Part shown: piece by piece, positions 26,850-34,825 of the stretch
Layout: the number at the start of each line of letters is the position of its first letter
Numbering within the stretch: position 1 is the first letter of the stretch
Virus record (IMG/VR): IMGVR_UViG_3300023174_000034
From: a virus
Lineage: Duplodnaviria; Heunggongvirae; Uroviricota; Caudoviricetes
Strand: one strand, 5' to 3'
Length of the DNA: 64,000 bases
The notes under the pieces: generated by a model
Databases searched by the model: none
Seen by the model: only the letters and a program-made list of their open reading frames with translations
What the model was told of the DNA's origin: nothing
Program-made: the position numbers and the translations under genes

Positions 26850-27380
26850 ATGACTAACGATCTTACTGTATCTGTATTCGGCCACAAGTGGCTAAAAACT
26901 ACAATGACAGCGGGCGAGGTATTGTCTCATTTGAATAAACTGAATTTATTGCACTTAGGAAATCTTGGAGAACAGGCTCTTGAGAAAAAAGGTGTTAAAC
27001 TATGTGCTGTAAATGAACCTGGTATTGACACCACAAATGGTGTACAAATCAAAACGGCGCAAACACATCGACGTCAGTTAGATAAAGATCCTAACACGCT
27101 CAAGGCACATATTTCAGTAAAAAATGCGTGTGGACCAATTGCCGCGCAAGTGCTAGAGGAAACAACAGGCAAGACTTATTATTTCTGGATTCCAGAGGCA
27201 GTACATGAATATGTTCAGGCCAATACTTTCTGTATTCCATTTGAATCAAGCGGTGCGCCAAGAACCATACCTAAGAGAAATACTGGTATAAATCCAAATT
27301 GGTGGAACTACGAAATTAAAAATTATACAGAATTTTCTAAACTTGTAAAAGAACACAAGGCACGACATGGATCTAAATAG
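26850..27380 (+). CDS. putative PD-(Q)xK nuclease-like protein
   Basis: GNLGEQ...PGID...VQIKT; visibly AT-richer than its neighbours; SD GGAG before ATG 26850. Confidence 0.45.
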   Translation: MTNDLTVSVFGHKWLKTTMTAGEVLSHLNKLNLLHLGNLGEQALEKKGVKLCAVNEPGIDTTNGVQIKTAQTHRRQLDKDPNTLKAHISVKNACGPIAAQVLEETTGKTYYFWIPEAVHEYVQANTFCIPFESSGAPRTIPKRNTGINPNWWNYEIKNYTEFSKLVKEHKARHGSK

Positions 27381-27789
27381 ATTAAAACGATTTGACAAAG
27401 CCAAGCACGACCAATTGGAAGGTCTACTAGAGTGGTGCCAACTAATGGGCCTGACAGGCAAAGACCTGGTCAGCTTGGGTGGCCACATTGAACGTTCCCA
27501 GCAGGCCGCTGAGGCCAAGAGCAACCGCACACTTGCAGAAACTATCACGTTTGATACAGTAGGCGGCGATAGCGACATGAGCAACAAGTGGAGCTATCTC
27601 ACTCCCAATGGTCGCTACACATTCCAGGACGCCAGGTGGGGGCAGGTCACTGTGGTCAGCAACAAGACCAAGGTACGTAAAAGCTTCAGGACAGAAATGT
27701 ACCAGCTGGGTCGAATGCACTGGGGCAAGCGAGATCGCTTGCAGTGTGCCTTGAACATCATCAACGGCCGAATTGTGCTGGATTTTTAA
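27367..27789 (+). CDS. hypothetical protein
   Basis: 140-aa overlapping ORF. Confidence 0.55.
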   Translation: MDLNRLKRFDKAKHDQLEGLLEWCQLMGLTGKDLVSLGGHIERSQQAAEAKSNRTLAETITFDTVGGDSDMSNKWSYLTPNGRYTFQDARWGQVTVVSNKTKVRKSFRTEMYQLGRMHWGKRDRLQCALNIINGRIVLDF

Positions 27790-27797
27790 GCAGAAAA

Positions 27798-27822
27798 GTG
27801 TTGCAGAAATGCAACATTTTTT
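27798..27822 (+). terminator. intrinsic terminator
   Basis: TGTTGCA-GAAA-TGCAACA followed by T6; preceded by an A-tract, so possibly bidirectional. Confidence 0.7.
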
Positions 27823-27825
27823 CGG

Positions 27826-27854
27826 TTGACTAGAAATGCCCGTTTTGCTACAAT
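27826..27854 (+). promoter_or_regulatory. early promoter, repeat copy 1
   Basis: TTGACT-agaaatgcccgttttgc-TACAAT. Confidence 0.75.
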
Positions 27855-27860
27855 AATGGC

Positions 27861-28037
27861 ATGGTTAAAGAAATAAACGAATTTGAAGCAATGCTGGTGA
27901 TTGAGGATCTGCGTAAGCAGGGCATCACCCACTACACCATGCGCCCAGGCAACGACTGCATTTGGGTCAGTTTTGGTGTAGTAGATTTGTATTACATTTT
28001 TAACCATGGCAAGATTGTGGATATTCAGGTTGACTGA
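27861..28037 (+). CDS. small early protein (58 aa, leaderless; not in ORF track)
   Basis: MVKEINEFEAML...IVDIQVD*; ATG 6 nt after the -10 box. Confidence 0.55.
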   Translation: MVKEINEFEAMLVIEDLRKQGITHYTMRPGNDCIWVSFGVVDLYYIFNHGKIVDIQVD

Positions 28038-28058
28038 AAATGCCCGTTTTGCTATACT
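28030..28058 (+). promoter_or_regulatory. early promoter, repeat copy 2
   Basis: TTGACT-gaaaatgcccgttttgc-TATACT. Confidence 0.8.
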
Positions 28059-28089
28059 AGAGGCTAAGTTAAACAAAAAGGAGCTCAAG

Positions 28090-28371
28090 ATGTCATACGC
28101 AACCATTCAAGAAGTTAACACTTCTATCATGTTCAGCAACTTCACCAACGAACAACTGACCAGCATCAGCGATGCTGTGAACTATGCTCGTGCCCAGCTT
28201 CGTGCAACCAAAATCCGTCAGTTCACCAAAGGTGATGCAGTCAAGTTCCACAGCACCAAACGTGGTGTCACAATGACTGGTACCGTGAACAAGGTTGCTA
28301 TCAAATACGTCACAGTGGCCACACAACAAGGCCTGTGGAAGGTGCCTGCTAACATGTTGGAGGCAGTATGA
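28090..28371 (+). CDS. small early protein (SH3/KOW-like C-terminus)
   Basis: SD AAGGAG; FTKGDAVKF...GTVNKV..KYVTV....WKVPANML. Confidence 0.6.
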   Translation: MSYATIQEVNTSIMFSNFTNEQLTSISDAVNYARAQLRATKIRQFTKGDAVKFHSTKRGVTMTGTVNKVAIKYVTVATQQGLWKVPANMLEAV

Positions 28372-28520
28372 GCAAGAACGTTCGTGCCCTGAGCACCACC
28401 GAGCTCCGCAAGCAACTGGCTTTGTACCGTTCATTGAAGAGCCGTGGTGTGTATGATGAGATCATGATTTCGATCATGGAACATGAACTTGAAGCTCGTA
28501 AAGAACTGGAGGCCGCATAA
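28368..28520 (+). CDS. small early protein (50 aa, not in ORF track)
   Basis: GGAGGCAGTATGA coupling; MSKNVRALSTTELRK...LEAA*. Confidence 0.55.
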   Translation: MSKNVRALSTTELRKQLALYRSLKSRGVYDEIMISIMEHELEARKELEAA

Positions 28521-28780
28521 TGAGATACGGTAACATGCCTTACAAATACCGAGTGGTCACCGAGGTGTCTTCCAAGGAAGATGCAGATGTTGACTTCTTG
28601 GGTCGACAAGTGTTGTTGACTACCAACAACTTTCAAACAGCTCGCAAAGAGTGCATTGAGTGGGCCGCTTATGATGACATCCTTGTGCATGTTATCAACC
28701 AGTTTGGCTCTAGTAAATTTTCCTGCGACGGTGCCAGCGAGGCTTACGATCGTTTTCCTAAAACAGCGGAGGCAGTATGA
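28520..28780 (+). CDS. small early protein
   Basis: TAATG coupling, SD GGAGG. Confidence 0.6.
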   Translation: MRYGNMPYKYRVVTEVSSKEDADVDFLGRQVLLTTNNFQTARKECIEWAAYDDILVHVINQFGSSKFSCDGASEAYDRFPKTAEAV

Positions 28781-28914
28781 AAGTGGTGTATAATGCTATA
28801 CTAGGTGGTTGGTACATTGTGCGTGGCGCACATCAGACACCCATCTCGGGTCGCTTTGACAGCAAAGAATCCGCACTTGCACATCTGCGCCGTCGCAACC
28901 CATTACACGTTTGA
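28777..28914 (+). CDS. small early protein (45 aa, not in ORF track)
   Basis: GGAGGCAGTATGA coupling; MKVVYNAILGGWYIVRG... Confidence 0.55.
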   Translation: MKVVYNAILGGWYIVRGAHQTPISGRFDSKESALAHLRRRNPLHV

Positions 28915-28922
28915 GAAACACC

Positions 28923-29198
28923 ATGGCGAACATGTACCTAGATCCAACTTCATACTTTGACGAGAAGCACGTGAGAGGTGTGTTGGCCTTGCACCCTGCT
29001 GAATGTATATTTGAACTGGACGCACCCAGAAAGATTGCACAACGCCTGTCAAGTAAAACAGTGAGTTGGTGGACCAAACCAGAAAATGGCAAAGAATTCA
29101 GAGCGTGTTGGACAGCCAGCGAAATCTACTGCCCGCATGAGAACATTGACAGACTGGCCGAGTGTGGCGTACGAACATTAGATTGGGAGATGATATGA
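28923..29198 (+). CDS. small hypothetical protein
   Basis: ORF within the early gene run. Confidence 0.5.
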   Translation: MANMYLDPTSYFDEKHVRGVLALHPAECIFELDAPRKIAQRLSSKTVSWWTKPENGKEFRACWTASEIYCPHENIDRLAECGVRTLDWEMI

Positions 29199-29410
29199 AC
29201 GCATGGGTCTTGGTTATTGCAATGTCGGCTCCGTCCGGCGACTTCATTGGCAAGCGGGAAATAGAATTCAAAACCCACAAGGAATGCCAAGCAGTTCGAG
29301 CTCAGTTGCCGGTACTGAATTCACCGTTTGGTATAAAACATGAAGGAGTCTGTGTTACAATGGCTCATTGGACAGGCAAGAAAGTTGACAAAGGTGTAGC
29401 CCTTGATTAA
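29195..29410 (+). CDS. small hypothetical protein
   Basis: ATGA-coupled; WVLVI...F.T.KEC.....C pattern. Confidence 0.5.
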   Translation: MNAWVLVIAMSAPSGDFIGKREIEFKTHKECQAVRAQLPVLNSPFGIKHEGVCVTMAHWTGKKVDKGVALD

Positions 29411-29627
29411 CAATGTGCTACAATGGACAGGTACTGCCTGCTTCATCACCATGTACTCTATAATGAGTTTCTTTCCACACTTGCATCCGTGGAACATTGT
29501 GATGGGCTGTGCCGGCGGTGCGCTGTTTTTTGTATGGAGTATTAGGGTAGCCAATCGCCCGCAACTGATTGTGAACTCAGTTGGTGTGTTGGTTTGTGTG
29601 GCAGGTTTAGTAAAAGCATGGAGTTGA
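29403..29627 (+). CDS. small membrane protein
   Basis: Three hydrophobic segments. Confidence 0.5.
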   Translation: MINNVLQWTGTACFITMYSIMSFFPHLHPWNIVMGCAGGALFFVWSIRVANRPQLIVNSVGVLVCVAGLVKAWS

Positions 29628-29628
29628 T

Positions 29629-30024
29629 ATGGGACTAGATATGTATGCGTATGTGGCCAAGAAAAAAGGCCAAATGAGAGACTACTATGAAAGCTATGAC
29701 TACAAAACGGACTCTGGTCCTGTGGTCAAGCCACGTGAGATAGCCTACTGGCGCAAGCATCCTAACCTGCATGGTTGGATGCACCGTCTGTGGAACGAAA
29801 AAGGCCACTTAGGTGACTTCAACGGCGATGAGCTGGAGCTCACAACAGAAGATCTAGACAGACTAGAGTTTGTGGTGGAAAAAGGCAAGCTACCTGGAAC
29901 ATCAGGATTCTTTTTTGGCAACGATGCTGATGAACACTACAGGGCCGACGACTTGAAGTTTATCCAAGATGCCAGGGCTGAGCTTGCGGCAGGTAATCTA
30001 GTGTTTTACAATTCCAGCTGGTAA
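29629..30024 (+). CDS. hypothetical phage protein
   Basis: MGLDMY...EIAYWRKHPNLHGWM...LPGTSGFFFG...VFYNSSW. Confidence 0.7.
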   Translation: MGLDMYAYVAKKKGQMRDYYESYDYKTDSGPVVKPREIAYWRKHPNLHGWMHRLWNEKGHLGDFNGDELELTTEDLDRLEFVVEKGKLPGTSGFFFGNDADEHYRADDLKFIQDARAELAAGNLVFYNSSW

Positions 30025-30055
30025 CAATACCCTGGCTAGCGGTGTGGGTATTTGG

Positions 30056-30084
30056 TTGACTCGAAAGTCCGTTTTTGCTATACT
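30056..30084 (+). promoter_or_regulatory. early promoter, repeat copy 3
   Basis: TTGACT-cgaaagtccgtttttgc-TATACT, preceded by an AATACCC/GGGTATT hairpin. Confidence 0.75.
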
Positions 30085-30115
30085 ATGTATTCAATAGTAA
30101 AAAAGGAGCTTAAAA

Positions 30116-30400
30116 ATGCAATTCAATACTGCGCCCGCAAACACTCTGTTTGCCAAAGTAACTGTAAAAACAAAACCCTACAGTTCCGAGCCTGTTAGCA
30201 TACGCATCATTGCCGATGTGTTTGCCGATGTAACTTCAAACAAAGCCTTGTATTATACGGAGCTCCCTTTGCAAAACACCAGTCTCATGTGCATAGAATC
30301 TGCAATCTCAGATCTGCAAGCTCTTGCCAACGCCGACAACGTCAGCGTCAAAATGCAACCCAAAGTTCTCAAAGTGCTTGCAGATTTTGAGGTCGCATAA
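30116..30400 (+). CDS. small early protein
   Basis: SD AAAAAGGAGCT, as at 28075. Confidence 0.6.
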   Translation: MQFNTAPANTLFAKVTVKTKPYSSEPVSIRIIADVFADVTSNKALYYTELPLQNTSLMCIESAISDLQALANADNVSVKMQPKVLKVLADFEVA

Positions 30401-30423
30401 AAGCAACAAAGCAAAAAAAGTAT

Positions 30424-30452
30424 TTGACGGAAAAGACATTCCGTCTTATACT
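30424..30452 (+). promoter_or_regulatory. sigma70-type promoter with internal palindrome
   Basis: TTGACG-17 nt-TATACT; inverted repeat GACGGAA/TTCCGTC. Confidence 0.65.
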
Positions 30453-30495
30453 AAACACTCATTAAACAAATTTCTTTTTTTATCAGGAGTATTTT

Positions 30496-31617
30496 ATGGT
30501 CGCAAAGACAAGTGAAAATCGTACGATCACAGCAACAGAAGCTCGCAAAAGTATTCTGCGCTGTTTCAAGAAACAACGCCCAGTTTTTCTTTGGGGCCCT
30601 CCTGGTATCGGCAAGAGTGAACTGGTTGAAGGCATTACCAATGAGCTGGGTGGCTTCATGATTGATATGCGGTTGGGGCAATGCGAGCCCACTGACATCC
30701 GAGGCATTCCTTTTTACAACAAAGACCGAGGCGTGATGGATTGGGCGGCTCCAGTCGAACTGCCAGACGCAGAACTGGCCAGCCAGTATCCTATCATCGT
30801 CCTGTTCCTGGACGAGATGAACTCTGCGCCACCTGCTGTACAGAGTGCGGCATATCAGCTGATCTTGAACCGTCGTGTGGGCAAGTATGTGCTACCTAAG
30901 AACGTGGTAATGGTTGCCGCTGGTAACCGCGAAAGCGACAAGGGTGTGACCTTCCGCATGCCTACTCCGCTTGCAAACCGTTTTGTTCACCAAGAGATCC
31001 GTGTGGATCATGCCGCATGGGAGAACTGGGCTGTCAACCGCAAGATCCACAAAGACGTGGTAGGTTACATTGGCTTTGCCAAACAAGACTTGTTTGACTT
31101 TGATGCACGTTCAACCAGCCGTGCATTTGCTACTCCACGCTCTTGGAGCTTCGTAAGTGACTTCTGCGAAGATGACGACTGTACAGATGCAGAGTTGACC
31201 AACCTGATTGCAGGCACTGTGGGCGAAGGTATTGCCATCAAGTTCATGGCACACCGTAAGGTTGCTGGCAAAATGCCCAAGCCCGGCGATGTGTTGAGCG
31301 GCAAGGTTACTACACTGGACACCAAAGAAGTCAGTGCTCAGTACTCGCTTGCAGTCAGCCTGTGCTACAGTTTGCAAGAGGTCTACCAAAACTGCAAAGG
31401 TGACAAAGCAGAGTTGGACAAGTACCACCCAATGGCTGATAACTTCCTCAAGTACATGATGGATAATTTCAACACTGAGTTGGTTGTTATGGGTGCTCGT
31501 GTTGCACTTACCACCTACAACTTGCCACTGATTCCAAACAAGCTCAAACACTTTGATGAGTTCCACAAGCGTTTTGGCAAGTACATTTTGGCAGCAAGTG
31601 CCAAAGACAGCCGTTAA
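30496..31617 (+). CDS. MoxR-like AAA+ ATPase
   Basis: Walker A GPPGIGKS, Walker B LFLDEMN, AAGN, PLANRF, TPRSW. Confidence 0.88.
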   Translation: MVAKTSENRTITATEARKSILRCFKKQRPVFLWGPPGIGKSELVEGITNELGGFMIDMRLGQCEPTDIRGIPFYNKDRGVMDWAAPVELPDAELASQYPIIVLFLDEMNSAPPAVQSAAYQLILNRRVGKYVLPKNVVMVAAGNRESDKGVTFRMPTPLANRFVHQEIRVDHAAWENWAVNRKIHKDVVGYIGFAKQDLFDFDARSTSRAFATPRSWSFVSDFCEDDDCTDAELTNLIAGTVGEGIAIKFMAHRKVAGKMPKPGDVLSGKVTTLDTKEVSAQYSLAVSLCYSLQEVYQNCKGDKAELDKYHPMADNFLKYMMDNFNTELVVMGARVALTTYNLPLIPNKLKHFDEFHKRFGKYILAASAKDSR

Positions 31618-31625
31618 ACGGTAAT

Positions 31626-31662
31626 GGATGGGTTTGACAACAAACCCATCCTGTCTTATAAT
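31626..31662 (+). promoter_or_regulatory. 11-bp hairpin overlapping a sigma70 promoter
   Basis: GGATGGGTTTG-ACAA-CAAACCCATCC; TTGACA(31634)-17 nt-TATAAT(31657). Confidence 0.65.
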
Positions 31663-31685
31663 TATTGCATACACAAGGAGCCCGA

Positions 31686-32984
31686 ATGTCTACTGCAAAA
31701 ACAACTACCTTAAACGAAAAAGTTAAAAAGAAAGACTTGCCTGTTATTGAGTTTGATCAAAAGCGAGACAATGCTGTTCGCGAAAAACTCATTACTGCAC
31801 GTATTTCACTCTTGCTCAAGGCACCGTTCTTTGGCAATCTAGCCACCCGCATGAAGTTGATCAACGCCGATGACTGGTGTCCTACTGCGGCTACAGATGG
31901 TCGTAATTTTTACTACAATACCCTGTTCGTCGAGAAGCTTCCGCCCAAGCAGTTGGAATTCTTGGTTGGGCATGAAGTGCTTCATGCTGTATACGACCAT
32001 ATGGGTCGTAGAGGCGATCGCGACCATCAGATCTTTAACATTGCCAACGACTTTGCAGTCAACGCAGACTTGATTGATCAGAAAGTTGGTGAGCGTATTA
32101 GTGTGGTAGGCATGCTGTACGATCCCAAATACCGCGGCATGATGAGTGAAGAAATCTATGACGACTTGATGAAGAATGTCAAGAAGATCAACTTGCAAGA
32201 CTTGATTGACCAGATGCTGGATGAGCACTTGGATGGCGACGGTGATGGCGACGGTGACGAAGAAGACGAAAACGGCAACAAAAAAGGCAATGGTCGTCCC
32301 AAGCTCACTGAAGAAGAAAAGCAAGCAATCAAAGATGAATTGCGTGAGGCTGTGCTCAATGCCGCACAACAAGCAGGTGCAGGTAACTTGCCTGCAGGTG
32401 TCAAGCGACTGATTAGCGACTTGACTGATCCAGTGATTGACTGGCGCACCCTGTTGGAGCAACAGATCCAGAGCACTATCAAGAGTGACTTTAGCTGGAT
32501 GAAGCCTAGCCGACGCGGTTGGCACATGGATGCAGTCATGCCAGGTATGTTGCCGGGCAATCAGATTGATGTATTCATTGGCATGGACACTTCGGGTAGT
32601 ATCAGCGAGCGTGACATCAAGGACTTCCTGAGCGAGATCAAAGGCATCATGGAAAGCTACGATGAGTACAAGATCCATGTGGTCACTTGGGATACTGAAG
32701 TGTACAATCATCAGATCTTCACAAGCGACAACCTCAGTGACATCGAGTCATACGAGCCACAAGGTGGTGGCGGTACTGATCCCATGTGCGTGTGGCAGTT
32801 CTTGAAAGAAAACGACATTGAGCCTAAAAAGCTGATCATGTTCACTGACTACTGTTTCTTTGGTTGGAATCCTGAAGAAGTTGAGCCATATGCTGATACA
32901 GTTTGGATCATCAAAGGCAACCCTAGTGCTGAGCCAGAGTTTGGTGTGTGGGCACACTACGACGAAGCCAAGAAAGGTCGATAA
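31686..32984 (+). CDS. metallopeptidase-like (HExxH) plus VWA domain protein (DUF2201 type)
   Basis: TAATDG, HEVLH, NIANDFAVN; MIDAS DTSGS, GGGGTD, FTD. Confidence 0.85.
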   Translation: MSTAKTTTLNEKVKKKDLPVIEFDQKRDNAVREKLITARISLLLKAPFFGNLATRMKLINADDWCPTAATDGRNFYYNTLFVEKLPPKQLEFLVGHEVLHAVYDHMGRRGDRDHQIFNIANDFAVNADLIDQKVGERISVVGMLYDPKYRGMMSEEIYDDLMKNVKKINLQDLIDQMLDEHLDGDGDGDGDEEDENGNKKGNGRPKLTEEEKQAIKDELREAVLNAAQQAGAGNLPAGVKRLISDLTDPVIDWRTLLEQQIQSTIKSDFSWMKPSRRGWHMDAVMPGMLPGNQIDVFIGMDTSGSISERDIKDFLSEIKGIMESYDEYKIHVVTWDTEVYNHQIFTSDNLSDIESYEPQGGGGTDPMCVWQFLKENDIEPKKLIMFTDYCFFGWNPEEVEPYADTVWIIKGNPSAEPEFGVWAHYDEAKKGR

Positions 32985-33142
32985 TGAACACTGACATGAA
33001 ATGGGCGGCGCTGGCGTTTTTCTTTGTTCTAGGTATTCCAATGGCAGGGCTGGCTTTGAAAGAATATCATATCCACCAATGCCGTGTTGAAGGTATTCGA
33101 GCCAACATGGAACCTGACAAGATTTCTCAAGTGTGCAAATAA
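32984..33142 (+). CDS. small membrane protein
   Basis: TAATG coupling, one TM segment. Confidence 0.5.
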   Translation: MNTDMKWAALAFFFVLGIPMAGLALKEYHIHQCRVEGIRANMEPDKISQVCK

Positions 33143-33402
33143 TGAAAAAAGTACTAAACTTTATCATATGGTGGTGGCGTAGGCTGGACACATGGCAAAA
33201 GGGTTGGATGGCCGCTGCCTTTGTGTTTGGAGCAGGACTTTCAGCTTCAGAGCCTTATAAAATCTATCTACTGGCAGTATTGCCAGTGTTTGTACTGCTG
33301 TCCGTGCTCAAGTGGGCATTTTGGGACAGTGTCAGAAACGAGTGGATCCGATTCAACAAAGAGCAAGAACGTATTGTGGAGATCATGCGAGACGGTAAGT
33401 AA
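33142..33402 (+). CDS. small membrane protein
   Basis: TAATG coupling, two TM segments. Confidence 0.55.
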   Translation: MKKVLNFIIWWWRRLDTWQKGWMAAAFVFGAGLSASEPYKIYLLAVLPVFVLLSVLKWAFWDSVRNEWIRFNKEQERIVEIMRDGK

Positions 33403-33405
33403 TAA

Positions 33406-34050
33406 ATGATTCCACTAAGCATTAGACCTGGGCTGTTTGATACTGCTACACTAGCATCTCTTGAAGAACATGTTCTAAAATGCAGTGAAGTAGTCAATTA
33501 TCATGACCACGAAGGTGTGTGGAAAGACCGTGGAACTGTAGCAAACATCACACATTGGGAATGGGATCATCCTGATGCGGGATACATTCGTGACACACTA
33601 GGTGCTGTACTAGAACCAATCATTGGATCTTTTGTCAGCGTCAAGAGTCACATACTAGACAGTAGGCTTCCGTGGGATGTGCATAACGACTATGTAATTG
33701 AATGCAGTCAAAATCAGCTCAAGCCCTATTGTGTTGTTATGATTCCGCTTGACGCCACACCTGCCAAAACAATTTTCTTCAAGCAAAGTGCAGAGTACAA
33801 AGAGTTTGGTCGCTACAAAGAACAACATGCGCCCATATCAGATCATGTGGCACATGAAGAGTGGAACAGTATGCTGGATCATTGTCGTGTTAAAGATCGT
33901 TTTTGGTTAAGTATCGATCAGGTGTACAACTGGAAGCAAGGCGATTTGATTATTTTTGATCGCCGACAATGGCACTCTAGCGATAACTATCTCACAAATG
34001 GCATTGAACAAAAACGAGCCATTGTCCTGTTTACAAGTCACCCTGAGTAA
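33406..34050 (+). CDS. putative 2OG-Fe(II) oxygenase-fold protein
   Basis: HxD (VHND), GDLIIFD, distal His (WHSS), KRAIVLF. Confidence 0.6.
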   Translation: MIPLSIRPGLFDTATLASLEEHVLKCSEVVNYHDHEGVWKDRGTVANITHWEWDHPDAGYIRDTLGAVLEPIIGSFVSVKSHILDSRLPWDVHNDYVIECSQNQLKPYCVVMIPLDATPAKTIFFKQSAEYKEFGRYKEQHAPISDHVAHEEWNSMLDHCRVKDRFWLSIDQVYNWKQGDLIIFDRRQWHSSDNYLTNGIEQKRAIVLFTSHPE

Positions 34051-34063
34051 AGTATAATACATT

Positions 34064-34240
34064 ATGATTTCCTGGACTTACACTATCATCCCAATGGTTC
34101 CTGCCAGCGACGAGATCAATGCCAATGCTACCAAGTTTTTAGATCTCATGAACGAACTTGGTAACATTGGTTACGAACTTGTTTGCGTACACAACGATTG
34201 TCTTATATTCAAAAAACCATGTCCTACATCCGAGACCTGA
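34064..34240 (+). CDS. small DUF4177-like protein (58 aa, leaderless; not in ORF track)
   Basis: W.Y...MNELGNIGYELVCV...IFKKP; follows TTTACA-17-TATAAT (34030-34058). Confidence 0.55.
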   Translation: MISWTYTIIPMVPASDEINANATKFLDLMNELGNIGYELVCVHNDCLIFKKPCPTSET

Positions 34241-34509
34241 ATCCGTTAAGTGTACATGGCATGCGCCGCATGGAGCATTGTCCTCCTCATTTTGAACGTG
34301 TTGAATTTGATCTAGCAACTGACGAGAAAAACATCACTGACTGGATATATGTCAACTGTGCTGGCCGCTTTTACTTTGGTGATTATTTTATCATAGACAG
34401 TAACAGTAAGAGGCAAATGTGTAAAGTGGTGGCATTTGAAAATCACAGTGAAGCCAGTTACTTTGGATTGTTTGCTGATCAAATCAACAAACGTAACGAC
34501 CTTTGGTAA
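34219..34509 (+). CDS. hypothetical protein
   Basis: NPLSVHG..R...PPHF...WIY.N..GRFY. Confidence 0.6.
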   Translation: MSYIRDLNPLSVHGMRRMEHCPPHFERVEFDLATDEKNITDWIYVNCAGRFYFGDYFIIDSNSKRQMCKVVAFENHSEASYFGLFADQINKRNDLW

Positions 34510-34572
34510 AGAAAAATATTCGATCATATACGTGCTCTTAAATAATAGTAACAGATTTTACTTGGAGAGCAC

Positions 34573-34824
34573 ATGAGCGAAGCCGAAGAAACAACCACGC
34601 AAGAGCAACCAAAAACACCTAGCCTAGGTGTACAGGACTTGGTTACTATTGCCCAAATTATCCAAATAGCCACACAACGTGGTTCATGGAAACCTGAAGA
34701 ATTGAGCACAGTAGGCCTTACCTATGACAAGCTGATTGCTTTCCTAGATGCAGCCGGCGCTGTAGCCAAACCAGACGACACCGCAACGTCAGAAGAACAA
34801 CATGCGGTAGCCCTAGGAGAATAA
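34573..34824 (+). CDS. hypothetical protein
   Basis: SD GGAG; TTAAATA at 34538. Confidence 0.6.
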   Translation: MSEAEETTTQEQPKTPSLGVQDLVTIAQIIQIATQRGSWKPEELSTVGLTYDKLIAFLDAAGAVAKPDDTATSEEQHAVALGE

Positions 34825-34825
34825 A

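Noticed and set aside
27824-30084. CRISPR-like array from the repeated GGTTGACT...TTTTGCTA motif
   Set aside because: Only three irregularly spaced copies, each matching -35/-10 geometry; these are promoters.
32230-32270. GATGGCGACGGT short tandem repeat
   Set aside because: It encodes the acidic DGDGDG linker between the peptidase and VWA domains.
31839-32711. 290-aa antisense ORF and many other opposite-strand ORFs
   Set aside because: They lie under well-supported genes and show no motifs or SD; they are codon-bias shadows.
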